From: Actinomycetota bacterium
Lineage (GTDB): Bacteria > Actinomycetota > Thermoleophilia > BMS3ABIN01
Assembly (NCBI GenBank): GCA_016235065.1
Contig: JACRMB010000010.1
Span: 70,281-134,280 of the forward strand
Direction: 5' to 3'
DNA: 64,000 nt
Part shown: positions 18,718 to 26,874 of the stretch, in pieces
Layout of the letters: each line of letters opens with the position of its first letter
Numbering within the stretch: position 1 is the stretch's first letter
Position numbers and translations under genes: made by a program
The notes under the pieces: model-generated
Seen by the model: the letters and a program-made list of their open reading frames with translations, nothing else
Told to the model about the DNA's origin: nothing
Databases searched by the model: none

Positions 18718-19251
18718 TTAATTGGCCATATCTGTTGGACCGATTATTGCGGGGAATGTCTCAGTGCCTCCCGGTTCCGGTGAGGTCCAAGTGACGGTGA
18801 TATTCACTTCCTTGACATATGAGAGGGTGTCGGCCACGGAACGGCCCCTTGCGACTTTTCTAACATCCCTCGTGACTGTGAAGCTATTCCCACCACCCTG
18901 TGTAGTCATGCTGACGATCTCAGGCCCTGAATTCAGACCCGTCAAACCAGCATCGGGTCCTATTTGAAAACTGCCACCTATGGTGGTCGGTCCCGGGGAA
19001 GAAAAAGTGCTGGCCACTCCGTTGATTCCAAGTGCCTCGAATCTAAGGCTGCGGGCTTTGTCTATTTCACTGGCGCCGACCTCTCGCGCCAGCATGCGTG
19101 TATTGGTTTTTACTGAAGTGCGAAGACTCGTCGTTAGAACCACTGCCAGTGGCACCATGGCAACAACCAGCAACGACAGCGCAACCATCATCTCGATGAT
19201 GGTAAATCCAGCCTCGCTGGAGCGAGTGCCCCTATTCCCTATGTCCCTCAT
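18718..19251 (-). CDS. PilV-like minor pilin (prepilin-type N-terminal domain)
   Basis: Motif EAG-FTIIEMMVALSLLVVA. Its stop and start abut the next gene. Confidence 0.7.
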   Translation of the reverse strand: MRDIGNRGTRSSEAGFTIIEMMVALSLLVVAMVPLAVVLTTSLRTSVKTNTRMLAREVGASEIDKARSLRFEALGINGVASTFSSPGPTTIGGSFQIGPDAGLTGLNSGPEIVSMTTQGGGNSFTVTRDVRKVARGRSVADTLSYVKEVNITVTWTSPEPGGTETFPAIIGPTDMAN

Positions 19252-19381
19252 GAGTTCCCTTTTTTGCGGCCGACTGCCTGGGGGACAATCGATCCAACTC
19301 CGTGAACTGTGCGAACCGCACCGTTTTTTGAACAGCCGAAGCTATTTGTTGCCCCTTCTATCGGAAATACTGCCAAAAAAA

Positions 19382-19403
19382 TTGAGCGCCACGACGCGCT
19401 CAA
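19382..19403 (-). terminator. Intrinsic terminator of the downstream pilin gene
   Basis: TTGAGCGC-CACGAC-GCGCTCAA, followed by TTTTTTT when read on the minus strand. Confidence 0.75.
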
Positions 19404-19457
19404 TATCAATGACTGAGAAATTCAAATCTTTAGGACTCAAAGCAAGCAGTTGTTTCC

Positions 19458-19859
19458 CTAGGGACAAGAACCTTCCAGCGGCATCGGCGTGCCAGCTCCC
19501 TCATCAACATGCCAAATGTCGCCCGGGCTTCCGTTATGGAAGGCTTCCAGACAAAAACCGGCACCGCTGTCAGGGATCGATATGTTGATTTCCGCTGACT
19601 GGTTATAGCCGATTGCGAAAAGATCGTTCAGAACACCGGTATATACGCCATTAATATCTTCGTATGCGATCTCGGCGACAGCGGCATTGTAAAGGTCACT
19701 CTTGACGTTGGCTTCCCACGCCTTTTCTCTCTGGCGCAGGTACATGGGAATGGCAATAGCCGCTAGGATGGCAATGATAACGATCACGACCAGCAGCTCG
19801 ATAAGCGTGAAACCGCTTTCGCCATTACTCCTGCAGTATCTGGTCGTACGGCCTAACAT
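19458..19859 (-). CDS. pilA: Type IVa major pilin (PilA-like), copy 1
   Basis: Motif G-FTLIELLVVIVIIAILAAIAIP. The mature part is about 115 aa with a C-terminal Cys pair (C…C) suited to a disulfide loop. Confidence 0.85.
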   Translation of the reverse strand: MLGRTTRYCRSNGESGFTLIELLVVIVIIAILAAIAIPMYLRQREKAWEANVKSDLYNAAVAEIAYEDINGVYTGVLNDLFAIGYNQSAEINISIPDSGAGFCLEAFHNGSPGDIWHVDEGAGTPMPLEGSCP

Positions 19860-19912
19860 TTTCTCCCCCAGCGTTGGCTTTTGATTAAAGCCTGTTCGAA
19901 ACTTTATAAGCT

Positions 19913-19940
19913 GGAAGGCGGGCCGCAGGGCCCGCCTTCC
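19913..19940 (-). terminator. Intrinsic terminator between the two pilin genes
   Basis: Perfect 12-bp stem GGAAGGCGGGCC-GCAG-GGCCCGCCTTCC. Confidence 0.7.
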
Positions 19941-19975
19941 CGTTGCTTTATCAGGTTGAAGTCCTGCCTCAGTCC

Positions 19976-20374
19976 TTATGGACAGTTGCCAACCTGAGGA
20001 TCACCACTTGCACTCGTCATAAACCATACACGTGCCGCATTACTTGTATGGAATGCTTCCATACAATAACCAGCCGCGTCGCCGTCTACTGGAGTCAGAG
20101 TGATGTCGGCGGAGTTGTTGTAACCTTCTGCGAGCAGATCTGCTAAAGCTACAGTGTACGTAGAGTTATCAGTGAAATAACTCTCCTGTGCCACTGCCGC
20201 ATTGCGAAGATCGCTCTGCGCGTTCGCATCCCAGCCCTTCTGCCGCTGGCTCAGATACATCGGAATAGCGATAGCCGCCAGAATCGCGATGATGATGATG
20301 ACCACCAACAGCTCGATCAGGGTAAAACCGCCTTCGCCGCCTACCTGCATCCTTTTCTTGATTCCTGTAATCAT
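19976..20374 (-). CDS. pilA: Type IVa major pilin (PilA-like), copy 2
   Basis: Motif GEGG-FTLIELLVVIIIIAILAAIAIP. It is paralogous to copy 1, shares the C-terminal Cys pair, and has a GGAGGTG RBS. Confidence 0.85.
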   Translation of the reverse strand: MITGIKKRMQVGGEGGFTLIELLVVIIIIAILAAIAIPMYLSQRQKGWDANAQSDLRNAAVAQESYFTDNSTYTVALADLLAEGYNNSADITLTPVDGDAAGYCMEAFHTSNAARVWFMTSASGDPQVGNCP

Positions 20375-20426
20375 GTTGTCACCTCCCTTTCCTCTAACGT
20401 TTAGACTTCTTTACCAGGCAACAAAA

Positions 20427-20460
20427 AAGATCTGCGGCCTGGTGGCAAACCACAGATCTT
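20427..20460 (-). promoter_or_regulatory. Inverted repeat in the 5' leader or promoter region of pilA copy 2
   Basis: AAGATCTGCGG…CCACAGATCTT (8-11 bp arms, 12-nt loop), lying 53-86 nt upstream of the pilA2 ATG. Its function is unknown; it could be an operator or an RNA structure. Confidence 0.35.
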
Positions 20461-20655
20461 CAATATCCTTAGATCCACGGTGGCAGCTCAGCCGACCAGC
20501 TGTGCTGGTCCTGAAGCTTTGCGCCCCACCCTCACGAGTGGTTTGCCCTTTTCACCTTCACCCCTATACTACCCAACTGCCCTTTTCCTAGACACTTTCC
20601 CGCAGGGGCTGCGCGGTGAATTCGCGCCTTTATTCGGCAATTGCCGGATAAAGCT

Positions 20656-21495
20656 TTAAAAAATCTTTGTATTCAGTATTGCCTTAAGCCGATCAAGCGC
20701 CTTTGCTGATTCACGCGATACTTTACGCTGCGACAAACCCATCTCCTCAGCAACCTCAGCCTGGGTCAGATCCTTATAAAACAGGAGGTACACGATTTTC
20801 TTTTGAAACGCGCTGAGGGCTTCTATGGCATCCTCAAGGACGATTCTGTCTTCGATTGGTAACGAGAAGGACTCGTAATGCCGTGAGCAGACGACACTGG
20901 CATCCGGCCCGGATTGTAAACGCTCTCTTGTGATTGGATCATCGACAGAATGCAGGCTCACTGACGCATAGACCCGCATGATCTCAAGGATACCGTCTTC
21001 AGAGATGTTCACTGCCTCAGAGAGCTCTGTCAAGGTAGGCGGCCTTTTATGCTTTCTCGTGAATTCAATGGATACTTCTTCAATTCTTTTTTCGGTCTTG
21101 CGTAGCCACCTGGGTTGGCGCATCAATACGCTATCCCTTAGATGATGGCGAACCTCGCCATCCACAATTGCCGTTGCGTAGCTTGAAAAGCCTGCTCCAT
21201 TTGACTTGTCGAAGCGCTGAATAGCCTTTATCAGACCCAGGTTGGCAACTTGAAGAAGGTCCTCATACGGATCCGGAAAATATGAGAACCGCTTAAGCGT
21301 CGCGTGCAGCAAACCCTGGTTGGCTGCAACGATCTTTTCCAGAATCTTTGAGTCTTTAGTCTGTTGATACTGATCGACAAGTTCTTCATTGCCACATTCC
21401 ACCTTGCGACTGCGAGGGAATTCCACAACATTTGAGCGATCAAGGCTAATGCCCGCAGGGACCGTGCCATCTGCTTTTATAGCGCCAGCCTTCAT
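20656..21495 (-). CDS. Sigma-70-family alternative sigma factor (group 3; FliA/WhiG/SigF-like)
   Basis: 279 aa. Region 2 is YEDLLQVANLGLIKAIQRFD. The region 4 HTH is LTQAEVAEEMGLSQRKVSRESAKALDRLK. Confidence 0.85.
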   Translation of the reverse strand: MKAGAIKADGTVPAGISLDRSNVVEFPRSRKVECGNEELVDQYQQTKDSKILEKIVAANQGLLHATLKRFSYFPDPYEDLLQVANLGLIKAIQRFDKSNGAGFSSYATAIVDGEVRHHLRDSVLMRQPRWLRKTEKRIEEVSIEFTRKHKRPPTLTELSEAVNISEDGILEIMRVYASVSLHSVDDPITRERLQSGPDASVVCSRHYESFSLPIEDRIVLEDAIEALSAFQKKIVYLLFYKDLTQAEVAEEMGLSQRKVSRESAKALDRLKAILNTKIF

Positions 21496-21539
21496 ATCAG
21501 TCGCTCACCATATCAGGCTTTATCTTCGCCACGGTTTGT

Positions 21540-22757
21540 CTAACCTACAGCATTCATGAGATTGAAGATCGGCAGATAAAGCGCAACTACAATAACTCCG
21601 ACCAAAGCGCCCACTCCTATCATCATTATCGGCTCAAGAATCGAAGTAAGCGATTTGACAGATGCATTAACCTCGTCTTCATAGAAGTCGGCAATCTTGT
21701 TGAGCATCGTATCGACAGCACCGGTTTCCTCTCCCACTGCGATCATTTGGGTCACCATAGGTGGAAATACCTTTGATTTGGTTAACGGCTCAGACATCGG
21801 ACGGCCTTCTTTGACTTCCCTCTTTACATTAGCCATCGCATCGGAGACAACAACATTGCCAGCAGTATCACCAGTGATTTCAATTGCCTGAAGTATTGGG
21901 ACGCCGCTTGAAACAAGAGTGCTCAGCGTGCGCGAGAACCTGGCCATCGACAGCTTCCTTACGATTTCGCCGATCCCCATTGGAATCTGAAGTTTTGCAC
22001 GGTCCCAGGCAGCCGTTCCCTGCGGTGTCCGTTTGATGCGGATGATCCCATAGATAATGCCCGCGAAAGCAGCAAATATAAATACTCCCATGATGCTTTT
22101 CATCGTGTTGCTGATGTTGACCATGATCCTCGTAAGCATAGGCAGCTGGCTGCCCAAGTCTGCATACATCTTGGAGAAGATCGGGATGATGAAGAGCATC
22201 ATCGCAATCAGTACCAGTAGCGCGAAAGTGGCAATTAGCAGAGGGTATACCATCGCCGATTTGATTGTTCGCTTGAGACTATCCTCGGCTTCAAGCTGAG
22301 TCGCAACGCGATTGAGTGTGTCGTCGAGAATACCGCCGGCCTCACCAGCCCGGACCATGCTCACATATAACCTGTTGAATACCTTCGGGTGCTTTTCCAA
22401 TGCGTCTGAAAGGGCACTGCCGCTCTCAACATCATTCCGGACATCACCGATGATGGACTTCAATTTAGCATTCTGGGTCTGGTTTTCGAGAATATACAAA
22501 GCTCTCAGCAGGGCCAGGCCGGAATTGATCATTGTCGCGAACTGGCGGGAAAATACGGTGATATTCTTAGACTTGATACGCTGGGAATCCTTCAGCATAT
22601 TGCTGAAGGATGTGCCGCCACTCTTCTCATTGATATCAACGACTGTATAGCCTTTGCTTCGGAGCTCCGTGGCTACGGCTGCGCGGCTGTCCGCCTCCAG
22701 CTCGCCCTTGGCGGGTATTCCTCTAACATCTCTCACCTTGTAAACAAATGTGCTCAT
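21540..22757 (-). CDS. pilC: Type IV pilus assembly platform protein PilC (GspF family)
   Basis: 405 aa. It carries two GspF-type repeats and three TM segments. Confidence 0.9.
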   Translation of the reverse strand: MSTFVYKVRDVRGIPAKGELEADSRAAVATELRSKGYTVVDINEKSGGTSFSNMLKDSQRIKSKNITVFSRQFATMINSGLALLRALYILENQTQNAKLKSIIGDVRNDVESGSALSDALEKHPKVFNRLYVSMVRAGEAGGILDDTLNRVATQLEAEDSLKRTIKSAMVYPLLIATFALLVLIAMMLFIIPIFSKMYADLGSQLPMLTRIMVNISNTMKSIMGVFIFAAFAGIIYGIIRIKRTPQGTAAWDRAKLQIPMGIGEIVRKLSMARFSRTLSTLVSSGVPILQAIEITGDTAGNVVVSDAMANVKREVKEGRPMSEPLTKSKVFPPMVTQMIAVGEETGAVDTMLNKIADFYEDEVNASVKSLTSILEPIMMIGVGALVGVIVVALYLPIFNLMNAVG

Positions 22758-22802
22758 AATTCCATCCCTGCTTCTGGATTGTGCCTGTACATAATGCCTT
22801 GC

Positions 22803-23870
22803 TTAAGCAACCTTTTTCCCCATAATCAGCCTTTCCAGCTCTTCAGGATTACTGGATCGACGGATTGCGAGTTCCTTAGTAATCTGGCCTCTTCTCACCA
22901 GCTCGGCCAGCGAACTGTCCATAGTGACCATCCCGAACCTGGCTCCGGTCTGCATGACAGAATAGATCTGGTGTGTCTTTGCTTCCCGTATAAGATTTCT
23001 AACAGCCGGTGTTGGAATTAGGACTTCGCATGCTGGGACTCTTGATGTGCCATCAACTGTCGGTAAAAGCTGCTGCGTAACGACACCCATAAGGGTGGCT
23101 GCCAGCTGTACCCGGATTTGCCCCTGCTGATGTGGTGGAAAAACGTCAATTATACGGTCGATTGTCTGCGGAGCATCTTGGGTGTGAAGCGTCGCAAAGA
23201 CGAGGTGACCGGTTTCAGCTGCAGTGAGGGCGGTTTGCATGGTCTCTGTATCACGCATCTCACCCACAAGTATGACATCAGGATCCTGTCTGAGTACGGA
23301 CTTTAGTGCACGATTGAATGACTTCGTGTCCGTTCCAACTTCGCGCTGGTTGACTATGGATTTTCCATGGCGATGAAGAAACTCAATCGGGTCCTCGATC
23401 GTCATGATGTGTTCTTCTCGGGAGAAATTGATTTCCTGGATCACCGCAGCCAGGGTTGTCGATTTACCAGAACCGGTTGGACCTGTAACAACAACGAACC
23501 CTCTAGGCTTGCCAGCCATTTTATGTACTGCAGCTGGCAGCATAAGATCGTCAATATCCTTTATCTGAGCCGGAATCAAACGAAAAGCCGCTCCCAGACT
23601 GTTTCGCTGAAAGTAGGCATTAACCCTGAACCTTGCTCTCCCCGGCACTGAATAGGAAAAGTCGATTTCCCATTCGTTCTCAATCCTCTGGCGCTGGTCC
23701 TGCGAGAGTATGCTGTAAATGAGATCCCTTGTATCATTACTGGTTAATCGAGGATAATCCATCCGGATAAGCTTGCCCGATACCCTTATCACGGGCGGAG
23801 AGCCGACCGTCAGATGCAGGTCTGATGCTTTTCTTTCCAGGACCTCGACAAGAATGTCGACCAAGTCCAT
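22803..23870 (-). CDS. pilT: Twitching-motility retraction ATPase PilT
   Basis: 355 aa with the Walker A motif GPTGSGKST plus Asp-box and His-box motifs. The size and sequence are typical of PilT. Confidence 0.9.
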   Translation of the reverse strand: MDLVDILVEVLERKASDLHLTVGSPPVIRVSGKLIRMDYPRLTSNDTRDLIYSILSQDQRQRIENEWEIDFSYSVPGRARFRVNAYFQRNSLGAAFRLIPAQIKDIDDLMLPAAVHKMAGKPRGFVVVTGPTGSGKSTTLAAVIQEINFSREEHIMTIEDPIEFLHRHGKSIVNQREVGTDTKSFNRALKSVLRQDPDVILVGEMRDTETMQTALTAAETGHLVFATLHTQDAPQTIDRIIDVFPPHQQGQIRVQLAATLMGVVTQQLLPTVDGTSRVPACEVLIPTPAVRNLIREAKTHQIYSVMQTGARFGMVTMDSSLAELVRRGQITKELAIRRSSNPEELERLIMGKKVA

Positions 23871-23898
23871 GTAGCGTCCCCCCTCTGTTCGTGCCTTG

Positions 23899-25611
23899 CT
23901 AGATTATGACCCTTGCGATCTCTTCCATGGAGGTCACGCCCTTGATGACCTTGTCGAGACCGTCCTCGCGAAGAGAGAGCATGCCTTCCGCCTGTGCCAC
24001 TCTCGAAATCTCATCGGCACTTTTTCTCTCCACCGTTAACCGCTCAATAGCTTCGCTGACAATCATGACCTCATAGATTCCCAACCTGCCTTTGTAACCG
24101 GTATTGTTGCACCGTGGACAGCCGGCGGCACGGTAAAGAGTGATGTCCTTACCCATTACTTCCTGAGGAAAGCCGTTTTGCCGCAGTGCTTCATCCGTCG
24201 GCTTATAAGGCTCCTTGCAGTTGGTGCAGAGCTTTCGCGCCAGACGCTGGGCCATGATGCATTCGATGGCAGAAGCTGTAAGGAACGGCTCCACTCCCAT
24301 TTCAGTCAAACGCGTCAGTGCTCCAGGAGCATCGTTGGTATGAAGCGTGCTTAACACCATGTGACCAGTCAATGCTGCTTCGATTGCGATCTGCGCCGTT
24401 TCCTTGTCACGAATCTCACCGACCATCACGATATCCGGGTCTGAGCGAAGGATAGCCCTGAGTCCGGAGGCGAAAGTAAGGCCGGCTTTAGCGTTCATTT
24501 GTGTCTGATTGATGCCTGAAAGGCGATACTCCACCGGGTCTTCCACAGTGATGATGTTCTTCTCCTTGGAATTGAGCACATTAAGTGTCGCGTATAGAGT
24601 CGTGGACTTTCCGCTACCAGTAGGCCCGGTCACCAGAATGGCACCGTATGGCTTCCTGAACGACTTCTCGAAGCGCTTTAGTGCCCTCTCGGAAAAGCCC
24701 AGATCCATGAGATTCAGCATGATGCTGCTTTTATCAAGCAGGCGGAGGACTATCTTTTCTCCATAGACTGTCGGCATGGAGGCGACACGAATGTCTATGG
24801 GTTTGCCGCCGACAGTCAGGCCGATGCGTCCGTCCTGAGGGATCCGGCGCTCAGCAATATCAATATCTGCCATAACCTTGATGCGGGATAGCACTCCCGC
24901 CTGCATTCGTTTGGGGACAGACATGATCTCATGTAATACACCATCGATCCTGAAGCGGACGACCAGTTCTTTCTCCTGCGGTTCAAAATGAAGGTCGCTG
25001 GCGCCATCCTCGACACCCTGGCTGATAACACCGTTTACCAGCTTGACGATCGGCGCTTCTGACGCGACATCGCGGATATCTGCCTCCATCGATGTGTCGG
25101 CTGTAAAATCGCCCTCCATGTCGACTTCTTCCGCGACAGAATCGCCCAGTCTGTGGATCTTGGAGATCTGGTTGAATACATCTTCAGCAGACGAGATCGC
25201 GGGTTTGATGTCATAGCCCGTCATCATGCGAAGGTCATCGATGGCGAATACGTTTGTCGGATCGACCATCGCTACCAACAACGTGTTTTCATCGAGGAAT
25301 TTGATGGGGATAGCGCCATACCGCCGGGCCAGCTTTTCGGGGATCATTGTGGCGGCGAGTGAATCGATCTCGAACTCGTCGAGTCCGATGCTTTCGACGC
25401 CGAGACGCTCAGCCAATGCCAGGTTTAATTGATCCTGAGTTAGAATTCCATCTTCAACTAGGATCTCGCCGAGGCGCTTCGGGGTATCCTTTTGTTTTTC
25501 GAGGACAACAGCCAGCTGGTCCCGACTAATAAGACCCTTGGCCACCAGGATCTCGCCGATTGGCTGTAGCTTCTTGCGAGTCTGCCGAGTTGTCAGTTCG
25601 CTTGGATTCAA
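23899..25611 (-). CDS. pilB: Type IV pilus assembly ATPase PilB (GspE family)
   Basis: 570 aa. It has an N-terminal T2SSE_N domain and a Walker A GPTGSGKST. The C-terminal tetracysteine motif reads CTNCKEPY…GCPRCNNTGYKGR. Confidence 0.9.
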   Translation of the reverse strand: MNPSELTTRQTRKKLQPIGEILVAKGLISRDQLAVVLEKQKDTPKRLGEILVEDGILTQDQLNLALAERLGVESIGLDEFEIDSLAATMIPEKLARRYGAIPIKFLDENTLLVAMVDPTNVFAIDDLRMMTGYDIKPAISSAEDVFNQISKIHRLGDSVAEEVDMEGDFTADTSMEADIRDVASEAPIVKLVNGVISQGVEDGASDLHFEPQEKELVVRFRIDGVLHEIMSVPKRMQAGVLSRIKVMADIDIAERRIPQDGRIGLTVGGKPIDIRVASMPTVYGEKIVLRLLDKSSIMLNLMDLGFSERALKRFEKSFRKPYGAILVTGPTGSGKSTTLYATLNVLNSKEKNIITVEDPVEYRLSGINQTQMNAKAGLTFASGLRAILRSDPDIVMVGEIRDKETAQIAIEAALTGHMVLSTLHTNDAPGALTRLTEMGVEPFLTASAIECIMAQRLARKLCTNCKEPYKPTDEALRQNGFPQEVMGKDITLYRAAGCPRCNNTGYKGRLGIYEVMIVSEAIERLTVERKSADEISRVAQAEGMLSLREDGLDKVIKGVTSMEEIARVII

Positions 25612-26452
25612 TTGCTCCCCTCATAACATCAATGGGAGGCTCGACTCCTGTCCATAATTGGATCGCAGCCGCTCCTTGATGGAGAAGCATGCCGAGTCCG
25701 CCCAATGTGGTTGCCCCTTTGCCTCGCGCCGCCGTCAGGAACGGTGTTTCCTGAGTCTGCGTGTAGACGATATCGCAGACGACGTGATCTTTCGTTAATC
25801 TATCGACCGGCACCTGAGGCATCTTTAGATAGCCCTCGAGGCCGATAGAAGTGGCATTTATCACAATATTGCTGGAACTAATCAGCCCAGCAAGATCGTC
25901 CTCAAAGGTCACTGTCTCGACAGGCAGCCCGGGGAACGATTTGGCTATCAGGGCCTTGAGATCCTCGGAGCGCTGGCGGCTTCGGTTGACGATAGTAAGC
26001 CGTTTTATATTTTTTCCTGCTAGAGCCAGGGCGATGGATCGCGCCGCGCCGCCAGCGCCCATCAGAAGCGGCTGGGCCGCAGGAAAATCAATATCAACAG
26101 CTTCTGCCAATGCTCGGATGAAACCATCACCGTCTGTATTATGCCCGATCAGTGAGCCGGAATCGTTTACGATAGTATTGACGGCGCCTGTGATTGCCGC
26201 GATTCCCTCCAGTTTGTCCATCATTCGTGCAGCTTCTATCTTGTGAGGTATTGTGACGTTCGCACCCAGGAATCCCATTGCCTTCATACCGGTTATACCT
26301 TCCTGAAGTCCTTCCGGGGCTACATCCAGCGGGACATAACAGATATCCAGACCCATGGCTTCGAAAGCAGCGTTGTTCATCAGGGGTGAAAGGGTGTGTG
26401 ATACCGGATGACCCAGGATTCCTACGAGTTTTGTGTTGCCGGAAATACGCAT
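25526..26452 (-). CDS. aroE: Shikimate 5-dehydrogenase
   Basis: 308 aa with the SPLMHN-like N-terminal motif (HTLSPLMNNAAF) and an NTDGDG segment, plus the Rossmann motif GAGGAARS. The called ORF's C-terminal tail overlaps pilB by 86 nt. Confidence 0.9.
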   Translation of the reverse strand: MRISGNTKLVGILGHPVSHTLSPLMNNAAFEAMGLDICYVPLDVAPEGLQEGITGMKAMGFLGANVTIPHKIEAARMMDKLEGIAAITGAVNTIVNDSGSLIGHNTDGDGFIRALAEAVDIDFPAAQPLLMGAGGAARSIALALAGKNIKRLTIVNRSRQRSEDLKALIAKSFPGLPVETVTFEDDLAGLISSSNIVINATSIGLEGYLKMPQVPVDRLTKDHVVCDIVYTQTQETPFLTAARGKGATTLGGLGMLLHQGAAAIQLWTGVEPPIDVMRGAIESKRTDNSADSQEATANRRDPGGQGSY

Positions 26453-26558
26453 GATCAGCCTCCCGCTGTTTTAGTGAATCCTAACGGAATGCGCGGAATA
26501 ATGCTGGGGTAGCCTTGTTTAGGCCAGGTGAGCTACGATCACTGGAGCCCGGGCGGAC

Positions 26559-26786
26559 TCAGGACTTAAAAACGAATACCAGCAGGCCGGTGGTGATAAA
26601 AAAAGCCGTAGCCACAGCGACGGTGACCCGTGTGAGGTTCTTTTCAATGACGCTGGTGCCGCTGAAAGTCTCACTCATTCCGCCACCGAATATGCCGGAA
26701 ACGCCGCCCTTTCCTGAATGAAGCAGGATGAGGACGATTAGCGCTACGCAGAGAATGCTATGTATGATCAGGACCAGATACTGCAT
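26559..26786 (-). CDS. secG: Preprotein translocase subunit SecG
   Basis: 75 aa. The N-terminal TM plus LLHSGKGG, then the G/S-rich loop and a second TM, match the classic SecG architecture. Confidence 0.85.
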   Translation of the reverse strand: MQYLVLIIHSILCVALIVLILLHSGKGGVSGIFGGGMSETFSGTSVIEKNLTRVTVAVATAFFITTGLLVFVFKS

Positions 26787-26874
26787 AAGAAAAAAATCCT
26801 TGGGTGTATGAATTATCAGCCTTGAAGATGATAGCGGTCAGGAGCTGGAACTGCAAGGAAAGACTCAGATAAGC

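Noticed and set aside
20375-20655. Sigma-54 (-24 GG / -12 GC) promoter upstream of pilA2
   Set aside because: I scanned the reverse complement by eye and found no TGGCAC-N5-TTGC match with correct spacing. This leaves it unresolved rather than excluded.
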